This document shows positions 28,734 through 37,532 of a DNA stretch of 64,000 bases, in pieces. Made by a program: the position numbers and the translations under genes. Every line of letters starts with the position of its first letter. The first letter of the stretch is position 1. The stretch lies in the sequence record SRR31156797_2820. One strand, 5' to 3'. The notes under the pieces are model-generated. The model was not told the origin of the DNA. It saw only the letters and a list, made by a program, of their open reading frames with translations, and did not search any database.

Positions 28734-29585
28734 ATGAGAAAGACAAAAATGAAGTCTAGGCAAATTAATTGGTGGTTTAGAAACCATAGAACTAAAATTC
28801 AAAACTTAGGTGCAATATCTAGTGTTCTAGCTAGTATTGCAGCTTTGATATTCTCCTTCATATCATACTCCGAATCACAAAATTTAAAACACGAAAACAG
28901 CATACGAGATTCAATTACCATAAAAGCTAGTGAAACCCAATTTGAAAAAAGAAATTATTTTGATAGTATTCAAAATATATTACTTGAGAAATATATAGTG
29001 AATGCAGATTCAATACTTGATCACATATCTGTACAAGCCAAAATTGCAGAAAAACAATTCAAAGCGCAAGTTGAACTTAACAAACCCATCATTACTGCCT
29101 ATAATTTTACCGGACATGATACAATAATTTATCCAGATTTAAAATGGCATACCTATCAAAATTGGAGATTACCATATTTAAAAAACATGTATCGTAATTC
29201 AGGTGTTAGACCTGCATTTAACCTTGGTTTTGAGTCAACTAGCTTTTATCCGAAATCAAACACTTATTTTAAAGGAGTTAAATCGATATATATCAAAAAA
29301 TATGTAAGTGGAGTGCAAAACTACTATTACTTTATGCCAATGGTTCCTATTCTTGATCTTGACAATTTTTACGTTAGACATATAGTTTTTTACACTGACA
29401 AAGACGCTATTTCTTCACAGATAGACACGATATATTTAAAATATATTCAAATCCCTAAACATAAGTTTAGAGTTGAGTATCTGTCAAATAAAGAAGTGCA
29501 AATATTGAAAAATATTGAAGCGCAAGGTGAACTCTTCGAACCAGACCTTGAGTACATGAAATATTCAAAAGAATTTTATAAATAA
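28734..29585 (+). CDS. Hypothetical protein with one N-terminal TM anchor
   Basis: 283-aa ORF, AT-rich, TM segment AISSVLASIAALIFSFISY; no recognised family. Confidence 0.6.
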   Translation: MRKTKMKSRQINWWFRNHRTKIQNLGAISSVLASIAALIFSFISYSESQNLKHENSIRDSITIKASETQFEKRNYFDSIQNILLEKYIVNADSILDHISVQAKIAEKQFKAQVELNKPIITAYNFTGHDTIIYPDLKWHTYQNWRLPYLKNMYRNSGVRPAFNLGFESTSFYPKSNTYFKGVKSIYIKKYVSGVQNYYYFMPMVPILDLDNFYVRHIVFYTDKDAISSQIDTIYLKYIQIPKHKFRVEYLSNKEVQILKNIEAQGELFEPDLEYMKYSKEFYK

Positions 29586-29688
29586 TATGATAGCATCAAT
29601 TTAAATCAATTTCATGGTTACCATTATGTATTTAATAAAACAGCAGTTATTAAGACAATTATATACATTGCATTTAAACCTGCATTGC

Positions 29689-29803
29689 ATGTGGAAACAT
29701 GTCACAGCCTAATGTGGAAGCCTTCCACACCTTAATGTGGAGAGCTTCCATTGCCTAGTGTGGAAGGTCTCAACAGCCTAATGTGGAGCCGCTCCATATT
29801 TTC
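29689..29803. repeat. Tandem array of five 23-bp palindromic units
   Basis: (A/G)TGTGGA starts at 29689, 29712, 29735, 29758, 29781 (exact 23-bp period); consensus ATGTGGAAG-n-CTTCCACAGCCTA. Confidence 0.9.
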
Positions 29804-29808
29804 AATTC

Positions 29809-29837
29809 AAAAAAGCCTTCCTAAAAAAGGAAGGCTT
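29809..29837 (-). terminator. Intrinsic terminator after the HU/DUF4469 gene
   Basis: aaaaaagccttcct-aaaaa-aggaaggctt. Confidence 0.8.
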
Positions 29838-29867
29838 GTACTAGCTCTGGAACTAATTGTATGTAGT

Positions 29868-30608
29868 TTATACCTCTACATTTAAAAGGTATTCAAGCAC
29901 AAATGCTCTTGCCTCCTTAAGTAGAGTTCCTGAGTTGCTGTATTGGGTGGTTACCACCAACTTATAATCTCCTGCCACCAAACCTACGGGCACAATAAAT
30001 GTCAGTTTTGAAGGACTGTTGGTAAGTATAGAAGTTATAGGAATCGAGGTTTCCTCCTTAGTCTCTTCGTTCACCAGCTTAATACCTACACTAGCCTCTT
30101 CCCCTTCTATTTTTATTCTGTTACCTGTAACATTTACCCCTCCGCCAGGAGTCAGCTTGCTATTCACTTCGCCCGTAGCTACATCGGTTACCGAGTTGAT
30201 TGCCATTGGCGATGCTGCCATACCTCTTACATCGACAATACAATTTTTAACGGCATTGCGCAATTCGGCGGTTGGCGTAACATGAGCCGATAAAGAATGC
30301 TTTTCGCTATCCCATTTGGCGTTGTCACCAATAAATACACCATTCACGCTTAGGTGGTAGTAGCCCAAGCCAAAATGTACCGAAGCCCCATTCGAGATCT
30401 GCTCAATGGCAATATTCTGCAATATTTCATTGGCAGACCGCAGGTCGGTAGCACTATAGTTGGTCCCACGCGCAATGGCAATGTTCACCAAATCGTCTAT
30501 AGCCAAAGATTTAGCGGTGATTACCCTACCAAATCGATCGTCTTTTTGTTCGGTGATTGATAAATCGTGCAATTCAACCATTACACTGTTCTTTTCTTTT
30601 ACCTCCAT
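29868..30608 (-). CDS. Bacteroidota HU-like DNA-binding domain plus DUF4469 (Ig-like) protein
   Basis: N-terminal HU-type NGASVHFGLGYYHLSVNGVF; C-terminal LTPGGGVNVTGNRIKIEG...NSPSKLTFIVP..L.AGDYKLVVTTQYS. Confidence 0.8.
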   Translation of the reverse strand: MEVKEKNSVMVELHDLSITEQKDDRFGRVITAKSLAIDDLVNIAIARGTNYSATDLRSANEILQNIAIEQISNGASVHFGLGYYHLSVNGVFIGDNAKWDSEKHSLSAHVTPTAELRNAVKNCIVDVRGMAASPMAINSVTDVATGEVNSKLTPGGGVNVTGNRIKIEGEEASVGIKLVNEETKEETSIPITSILTNSPSKLTFIVPVGLVAGDYKLVVTTQYSNSGTLLKEARAFVLEYLLNVEV

Positions 30609-30783
30609 AATTAATTTGGATTTTATAAGTACTATGGCTCATGAACTGTTATTGTGAGCCTTCAATTTTCCTTTTACACTCTTATTCTATCACTTATCAC
30701 AATAAAATAACTAGTATGAAGTTAAATATGGAAAATGGATTGATTGTTATACCTAAGGGATTAAAAATTATACTTAAGGACGA

Positions 30784-31746
30784 ATGAGCTATTTTTATCC
30801 GAATTCTAAGGAGGAATGGAATCAACTCTTGCATGAGTTTTATTCCGATAGCAATACCCCATGTTGCATAAAGGATAAGCAGAATCCACATCTGTACATG
30901 GAGAGAAAGTGCTTGCCCGGCTTATCCTTGATACAAGTTCAAAATGTATTTCCTTACGATATCAGTTGGAAAAGCAGCAATGAGGAAGCGCTGTTCAGCA
31001 TGAATTTTATGCTAAAAGGGGATTTGAAATATTCACTTGAAGTAAGGAATTCTGAAATAAAGGAGGATGAAAACAATCTGTTGATCCTACCAAAAAATAC
31101 CGAACATGTGCTTCAATTTGCAGCGAATACCCCCTATTCCTATCGAAGTTGTATGCTAAAGCAGGATTATTTGGAAAATTTGGTTCTTCGTTACCCCGAT
31201 CAGTTGGGCGAGTTGTATTCTGAATACAAGAAAGAACACCTGACTTTTCTGAGTAAAAACAATTTGATTGTTACCAGCGAAATACTGATGATCATCTCCC
31301 AGATTGATCAAGCCTTTGAATTGGGCAAAACCAAAAACATGTACATCGAGGGAAAAATATTGGAGCTGCTCTCTCTTCAAATTAACTATTGGCACTCCTG
31401 CCACAATTCCTCTAAAATCCCAAGCGATGAACTGGAGAAAATTCGAAAAGCGGAGTACATACTCATCTCCTGTGTAGGCAAGCCACCTTCTGTACCTGCC
31501 CTTGCCGCTATGGTTGGTTTAAACTCTTACAAACTGAAAAATGGTTTCAAATTGGTTTATAGCAACACGGTTTTTGGTCATTTGCTGATTTATAGAATGA
31601 ACAAAGCCCGTCATTTGCTGCAAAACAGCGAACTAAGCATTTTAGAAATTGGGATGGAATGCGGATATGAGCATTCCTCCCATTTTTGCATGGCTTTTAA
31701 ACGCAAATTTGGCGTAACGGCATTGCAGTTTCGAAATGGCAATTAA
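30784..31746 (+). CDS. AraC family transcriptional regulator (PchR-like)
   Basis: MYIEGKILELL, PPSVPALAAMVGLNSYKLKNGFK, GYEHSSHFCMAFKRKFGVT. Confidence 0.9.
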   Translation: MSYFYPNSKEEWNQLLHEFYSDSNTPCCIKDKQNPHLYMERKCLPGLSLIQVQNVFPYDISWKSSNEEALFSMNFMLKGDLKYSLEVRNSEIKEDENNLLILPKNTEHVLQFAANTPYSYRSCMLKQDYLENLVLRYPDQLGELYSEYKKEHLTFLSKNNLIVTSEILMIISQIDQAFELGKTKNMYIEGKILELLSLQINYWHSCHNSSKIPSDELEKIRKAEYILISCVGKPPSVPALAAMVGLNSYKLKNGFKLVYSNTVFGHLLIYRMNKARHLLQNSELSILEIGMECGYEHSSHFCMAFKRKFGVTALQFRNGN

Positions 31747-31870
31747 AATGCTTCCTTTTTAATTCCTGCCTGTCCTAATAGATTCTATCCTCAATTGCTA
31801 AAAAATGTTAAGATCACTGCATAAGGGCATTTTTCTTCTCTATTCTCTTGCTTAGTTCAAAAAACTAGCT

Positions 31871-31912
31871 TAGGTTTGCCCACTGTAAACTGATTTTGAT
31901 CATTTAGTATAC
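31871..31912 (+). promoter_or_regulatory. tetR promoter -7 element plus operator copy 1
   Basis: TAGGTTTG (31871-31878) followed by GTAAACT-N14-AGTATAC (31885-31912). Confidence 0.7.
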
Positions 31913-31916
31913 TTTT

Positions 31917-32486
31917 ATGAAGATAGGTGATAAAAATATCGAGAAAATAGTATTGGATAGTACGAAGACTCTCCTTCTGCAATCCGGAGTTAAAGGTTGG
32001 AATATGGATGATCTTGCCAAAGAATGTGGGATGTCTAAACGAACTCTTTACAAGATTATTGGCAATAAGGAAGAATTATTGTACCAATGCTATTCAAACA
32101 GTATGGATAAAGTAATTCAATCCTTTAAAATCTTCTCTGCGCAAGATAAAGATTACAGTACGTTAATTGAAAACATGGCAGATCAACAAGTAGAACATGT
32201 GGAAGAGTATATCATTGTCAATCATAAAACGATTAAAACCGAATATCCCAGGATAGATGCAATGATACATGAAAAGTTAGTCACTCGTAAAAATGATTTT
32301 ATGGCTTTTCTGGAGGAAGGTAAAGCATTAGGTTATTTGAATGAAAAGGTTGACCCAAGAGTGATCAATAACATTATCAGTGCATTAATGGAGTTTAATA
32401 TCAATATGTGTAAAACGAAACGAGAATTCGAATCCAAAATAAAGGAAGAATTAGACTACATCTTCTCCTCTATTCAGAAGAAATAG
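31917..32486 (+). CDS. TetR/AcrR family transcriptional regulator
   Basis: GVKGWNMDDLAKECGMSKRTLYKIIGNKEELL helix-turn-helix. Confidence 0.92.
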   Translation: MKIGDKNIEKIVLDSTKTLLLQSGVKGWNMDDLAKECGMSKRTLYKIIGNKEELLYQCYSNSMDKVIQSFKIFSAQDKDYSTLIENMADQQVEHVEEYIIVNHKTIKTEYPRIDAMIHEKLVTRKNDFMAFLEEGKALGYLNEKVDPRVINNIISALMEFNINMCKTKREFESKIKEELDYIFSSIQKK

Positions 32487-32565
32487 TGTAGAGCATAGTA
32501 AATAAGAGAATTAGGAAGCAAGTAAGAAGTAAAACCCTGCATGTTCCCTATTTTTTTCGCTCACA

Positions 32566-32595
32566 GGTAAACTACATACACCTTATTAGTTTACC
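32566..32595. promoter_or_regulatory. Operator copy 2 upstream of the RND operon
   Basis: GGTAAACTA-N12-TAGTTTACC perfect inverted repeat (= GTAAACT-N14-AGTTTAC). Confidence 0.75.
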
Positions 32596-32639
32596 AAGAC
32601 CGCAAATGTGTAACAAATATTTTAAACCATAGATTAAAA

Positions 32640-33719
32640 ATGAAACAATTCAGAAATGCCAGTTGCCTTCTAATCCTACTATTGAGTATGCTTAGTTGTA
32701 AAGAAGAAGTAAAGAAAAAAACGTACATCCGATCGGTGAAGGTGATTGAAACAAGTCTGCAGAATAAGCAAAATAACAATACCCTTGTTCCGGCGAGTAT
32801 ACATGAAAAGAGAGAAACCAAACTTGCCTTTCGTGTTAAAGGTCCCCTTGTTAAATTGAATGATATTATTGGCGATTACGTTTCAAAAGGTCAGGTGATT
32901 GCCAAAATTGATCCACGAGATTATGAAATTGCCCTGGAAGCAACACAGGCGGCATTCAAATTGGCCAGTGCTGAATACGAGCGTTATAAAATATTGCTGG
33001 AACAGGAAAGTGTTGCCGAGAGCACATTCGATCAAATTGAATCGAACTATACCGCGGCTAAAACGGCTTATGAAGCTGCCAAAAATGCACTAATTGACAC
33101 CGATTTAAAAGCTCCTTTTTCTGGATATATCAACAATACCTTTGTCAACAATTATGAGGAGGTGAACCCTGGACAAGCTATTGTTTCTTTAATCGACCTT
33201 TCTAAATTCGAAGTTAAAGCCTGGGTTTCATCAAAAGATTTATCAAAAGTAAAGGAGGATACTCAGTTTAACAGTCTTATTGAACTCGAAGGTCAAACTA
33301 TTCGTCTGCCAGGTAAATTAAAAGAAGTGGGGCAAAAAACCAGCTCTTCGAAGCAATCCTATCCTATTTCCATCTTAATTGATGTTCCTGAAAAATTGAA
33401 GCTACGAGCAGGAATGACAACACATCTGGAAATTTGTGAAAACAATTCCGATTCCAATGCCATAATTCAGGTACCCATATCCTGTGTGTTCTCGAAAAAC
33501 AACAAAACATTTGTCTGGATTTACAATGAGAAAACCCAGCAGGTCTCTTCTAAAGAAGTTCGTAAGGGGAAAATAGTACCTGAGAATCTGATTCAAATTG
33601 AAAATGGTTTAAGAGGTGGTGAATTCATTGTTAAAACAGGAGTCAATTTCTTAACAGAAGGACAAAAGGTTAAAAAATTGGAAGCATTCTCAAAAACAAA
33701 CATAGGTAATAAATTGTAG
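32640..33719 (+). CDS. RND efflux periplasmic adaptor (MFP) lipoprotein
   Basis: Lipobox MLSC; LAFRVKGPL, GDYVSKGQVIAKIDPRDY, LKAPFSGYI, LRAGMT. Confidence 0.92.
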   Translation: MKQFRNASCLLILLLSMLSCKEEVKKKTYIRSVKVIETSLQNKQNNNTLVPASIHEKRETKLAFRVKGPLVKLNDIIGDYVSKGQVIAKIDPRDYEIALEATQAAFKLASAEYERYKILLEQESVAESTFDQIESNYTAAKTAYEAAKNALIDTDLKAPFSGYINNTFVNNYEEVNPGQAIVSLIDLSKFEVKAWVSSKDLSKVKEDTQFNSLIELEGQTIRLPGKLKEVGQKTSSSKQSYPISILIDVPEKLKLRAGMTTHLEICENNSDSNAIIQVPISCVFSKNNKTFVWIYNEKTQQVSSKEVRKGKIVPENLIQIENGLRGGEFIVKTGVNFLTEGQKVKKLEAFSKTNIGNKL

Positions 33720-33723
33720 CATA

Positions 33724-36700
33724 ATGAGTTTAACAGAATATTCACTAAAGAATAAGATAGTAATCTACTTTTTCTTGTTAATTGTAATGGTTGGAGGAAT
33801 ATCATCTTACTTTAGTATGGGTAAGCTTGAAGACTCTTTGTTTACCATTAAAACAGCATTGGTAATTACACAATATCCCGGAGCATCGGCTCATGAGGTA
33901 GAACAAGAGGTTACCGAAGTAATTGAGCGAGCTGCTCAAAGTATGGATAATATTAAAGAAATTTCTTCCAGCTCCTATGCCGGACTCTCTATTGTAGATA
34001 TCGATCTCGAGGAGAAACTCCGCACCAGTGAAATGCCTCAGGTCTGGGATATCCTGCGAAAAAAAATCAAGGATGCCTCCCCCAACTTACCTTCAGGAGC
34101 AAAAGCTCCAAGTGTAATTGATGATTTTGGTGATGTGTATGGAATGTTCTATGCCATAACTGGTGATGGTTTTTCTCGTGAAGAGTTGAATGATTACGCA
34201 CAATACCTTAAGCGTGAGTTGTTACCCGTTAAACAGGTTGGTAAAATCACCCTATTTGGCAATCGAATTGAATGCGTAGATGTAATTCTTGACGATGCTA
34301 AAAAATCTGAATTGGGAATTAATCCTGGCATCATTGCTCAGGTATTCAACTCGCAAGCCAGTATCGCTGCGGCAGGTCAAATAGAATTGCAAGATCGCTA
34401 CGTAAGAGTTTCCGGAAACAATGCATTTAAAAATCTCGATGAGATCAAAAATACAATCGTTCAGGTTGGCAAGGAGCAGTTTTATTTGAAAGACATAGCA
34501 GAAATCAGAAAATCCTATCTGGAACCTGCCATTGGTTTATTCAAACGAAATGGTTCAGATGCCATTGGTTTGGCGATCTCTACTACCAAAGGAGGCAATG
34601 TACTTTCTTTAGCAGAAAACTTAAAAGCTAAATTGGAACTCATTCAACCAAGCCTTCCCCTAGGATTGGAAATTAACACCGTTTATAACGAAGCACATGA
34701 AGTGGAGGTTGCCAATGATGCCTTTATTACAAACCTAATCATGTCGGTAGGTATTGTAGTGGTGGTTCTTTTACTATTTATGGGATTTCAGTCTGGTATC
34801 TTAATTGGAAGTGGTCTGATCTTTTCCATTTTAGGAACCTTAATTGTTATGAATGCTATGGATATCAGTCTTCACAGAACTTCATTGGCAGCTATTATTA
34901 TTGCCATGGGCATGTTGGTTGATAATGCCATTGTAGTTACCGATGGAGCTCTTGTTTCTTTGCAAAGAGGCTTAAACAGACGAAAGGCAATTGTTAACAT
35001 TTCAAGCTCTACCTCACTCCCATTATTGGGTGCGACATTTATAGCAATTCTGGCATTTCTGCCCGTGTTCCTGGCTCCCAATTCGGCAGGTGAAATTTGC
35101 AGAGACTTATTTTTAGTTTTGGCAATATCCTTAACATTAAGCTGGTTGTTTGCCATGACACAAACAGCCTTAACCAACGAAAGATTTCTAAAGGCACCTA
35201 AGGAGATAAAAGATCCCTACGCGAATAAAATGTATCTTCAGTTTAAAACATTTTTAATTAAATGCTTGCGTTACCGCTGGATTTCTTTGGCTTCAGTGAT
35301 TTTGTTTTTAATTGTATCTATTGTAGCATTTTCCAATTTAAAGCAGGCTTTCTTTATGCCTCTTGAAAAATCGTATGTAGAGGTTGACTACTGGTTGCCA
35401 GAGGGAAGTTCTATCAACAAGGTGGAGGAAGACTTAGCAACAGCAGAAGAAGAGCTATTCAAGAAATATCCTGAAATTGTCAATATTGTAAGTAGCATTA
35501 GTCAAACGCCACCTCGCTATATATTGGTAGCACACAATGAAAGTTACAACACAAGTTTTGGTCAACTGATGATTGAAACCAATAGTTCGGAAGAAGCCGA
35601 CGCCATGAAGCCAGGCTTAAGGGAATTTTTCGCTGACAATTATTCTCAAGCCCGATGCAGAGTGAAAGATTACGTAGCTGGTCCACCGATTAAGTACAAG
35701 GTAGAAGCACGATTTATGGGTCCTGATCCAGCAGTATTGAGAGACTTAGCCGAGCAAACTAAAATCATTATGCAGAATGAAGCCTTGTGCGGAGACATTT
35801 GTGATGATTGGAGAAATAAAGTGTTGACCTGGGTTCCACAATATTCACAGATAAAAGCAGCTCGAGCAGGGATTTCCAGAAATGATCTGGGAAATGCAAT
35901 TCAACAATTGACAAGTACCGGCTTAGGCATAGGTGTATACCGTGAAAACGAAGAACAGATGCCTGTGATGCTAAAGGTAAATCAAAATGCGCAAAACAGT
36001 ATTTCCAGCATCGAAAATACGGGAGTATGGTCACAACAGGGAGCGTATTCTGTTCCTTTGAAAGAGGTCGTTGATAGCATAGAAATCAAATGGGAAGATA
36101 GCGTTATTAAAAGATTCAATCGCCAAAGAGCCATTACCATTAAATGTGATCCTGCAGATCCAAATGTTACTGGTGCTACTCTTTTAAGTTATATGAAAGA
36201 GGAAATAGAGGCTATTCCTCTACCCGAAGGTTATTCTTTTATGTGGGATGGAGAGTTAAAGCCATCGCAGGAATCGCAGGAAGGTACTCGTCAATTTATG
36301 CCAGTATCCCTATTGTTAATGGTCTTTATCATCATCATGCTATTCAATAGTGTCAGACAATCACTTGTTGTTATCGCCATTATCCCCTTATCGATTATTG
36401 GTGTAGGTATTGGCTTATTTATTACCGATAACGCATTTGGTTTTATGGCAATTGTTGGTTTTCTGGGACTTATTGGTATGGTTCTTAAAAATGCAATTGT
36501 GTTGATGGATCAAATCAACATTAACCTGAATACAGAAGGAATGCAAGCATTTCCAGCTGTAGTAAACGCCTCTATCAGTCGTTTAAGACCGGTATTTTTG
36601 GCTGCCTTAACCACAATTCTTGGAATGTTACCAATCGTAACTGATCCTATGTACGGATCGATGGCGGTAACCATCATATTTGGATTGTTATTCGCAACAG

Positions 36701-36771
36701 TTCTTACCCTGATTGTAGTCCCTCTACTTTATGTGATTTTTTACCGAATTAAAGTAACTGAACTAAACTAA
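33724..36771 (+). CDS. RND efflux permease (AcrB/AcrD/AcrF family)
   Basis: 1015 aa; YPGASAHEVEQEVT, AMGMLVDNAIVV, GLIGMVLKNAIVL, SRLRPVFLAALTTILGMLP. Confidence 0.95.
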   Translation: MSLTEYSLKNKIVIYFFLLIVMVGGISSYFSMGKLEDSLFTIKTALVITQYPGASAHEVEQEVTEVIERAAQSMDNIKEISSSSYAGLSIVDIDLEEKLRTSEMPQVWDILRKKIKDASPNLPSGAKAPSVIDDFGDVYGMFYAITGDGFSREELNDYAQYLKRELLPVKQVGKITLFGNRIECVDVILDDAKKSELGINPGIIAQVFNSQASIAAAGQIELQDRYVRVSGNNAFKNLDEIKNTIVQVGKEQFYLKDIAEIRKSYLEPAIGLFKRNGSDAIGLAISTTKGGNVLSLAENLKAKLELIQPSLPLGLEINTVYNEAHEVEVANDAFITNLIMSVGIVVVVLLLFMGFQSGILIGSGLIFSILGTLIVMNAMDISLHRTSLAAIIIAMGMLVDNAIVVTDGALVSLQRGLNRRKAIVNISSSTSLPLLGATFIAILAFLPVFLAPNSAGEICRDLFLVLAISLTLSWLFAMTQTALTNERFLKAPKEIKDPYANKMYLQFKTFLIKCLRYRWISLASVILFLIVSIVAFSNLKQAFFMPLEKSYVEVDYWLPEGSSINKVEEDLATAEEELFKKYPEIVNIVSSISQTPPRYILVAHNESYNTSFGQLMIETNSSEEADAMKPGLREFFADNYSQARCRVKDYVAGPPIKYKVEARFMGPDPAVLRDLAEQTKIIMQNEALCGDICDDWRNKVLTWVPQYSQIKAARAGISRNDLGNAIQQLTSTGLGIGVYRENEEQMPVMLKVNQNAQNSISSIENTGVWSQQGAYSVPLKEVVDSIEIKWEDSVIKRFNRQRAITIKCDPADPNVTGATLLSYMKEEIEAIPLPEGYSFMWDGELKPSQESQEGTRQFMPVSLLLMVFIIIMLFNSVRQSLVVIAIIPLSIIGVGIGLFITDNAFGFMAIVGFLGLIGMVLKNAIVLMDQININLNTEGMQAFPAVVNASISRLRPVFLAALTTILGMLPIVTDPMYGSMAVTIIFGLLFATVLTLIVVPLLYVIFYRIKVTELN

Positions 36772-36776
36772 ACACC

Positions 36777-37532
36777 ATGATTGAAAATAGTAGCAATAAA
36801 TACTTTAAAACGGAATGTATTCAGGGCGTAATGATGCTATACCTGGACTACTCTATTTTCTTAGAGAAAGAAACCTTCGTATATAAAAATGAATTGTTAG
36901 AATTCCTTGATAAAATAGACTCTCAGAAGGAGATTAAAACTTTAGTGATCTGCAATGAACATTCTGGATTTTCCTTTGATCAATTTAAAAGCAAGTGGAA
37001 TTCCATATTCGAAGAAAGTGATTATGAAAGTGCAGTACTTCGCGTATTTCGTTCTTACAATCAAGTATTCCTACGACTTAAATCTCTTGAGAAAGTGATT
37101 ATCTCAGTCAATTCACAACCAGTTCCTCCCATGCTATTTTGTTTTAGCATGGTGGCTGATTTAAGATTTGTGTCACAAGAGTTTTATCTGAATAATGACA
37201 ATTGCAATATGCTCAATATTCCTAAAGGAGGAGCAATTTTTACAGAGTATAACTTAATGTATCTGAATCCTTTAAAATTACTTTTTTACACGGATAAGGT
37301 CTTCCCGAAAGAGCTCTATAATAAGCATATTATCGATGGAGTATTCGATAAAGAAGAGCTGAAGAATAAGGTACTTTCAATTGCGAACCGATACAATAGG
37401 TTCGATTATATAGAGATAGAAGCTGTTAAAATCTTTGAACACAAAAAACAGAGAAAGTTTGAACTTGCCTTGCAAAAAGAGGATGAGTTTCTATTGACTT
37501 GTATTCGGAAAATGAAAAATAAGAATAAATAA
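36777..37532 (+). CDS. Degenerate enoyl-CoA hydratase/isomerase (crotonase-fold) protein
   Basis: Spacing matches the crotonase pattern: EIKTLVI, LKSLEKVIISVN, SMVADLRFVS, NIPKGG, LKLLFYTDKV...HIIDGVFDKEEL; glycine-rich oxyanion-hole motifs are not conserved. Confidence 0.6.
   Translation: MIENSSNKYFKTECIQGVMMLYLDYSIFLEKETFVYKNELLEFLDKIDSQKEIKTLVICNEHSGFSFDQFKSKWNSIFEESDYESAVLRVFRSYNQVFLRLKSLEKVIISVNSQPVPPMLFCFSMVADLRFVSQEFYLNNDNCNMLNIPKGGAIFTEYNLMYLNPLKLLFYTDKVFPKELYNKHIIDGVFDKEELKNKVLSIANRYNRFDYIEIEAVKIFEHKKQRKFELALQKEDEFLLTCIRKMKNKNK

Noticed and set aside
29689-29803. CRISPR array interpretation of the 23-bp repeats
   Set aside because: Units are contiguous with only a 5-7-nt variable centre, there are no spacer-length unique sequences, and no cas genes are in the window
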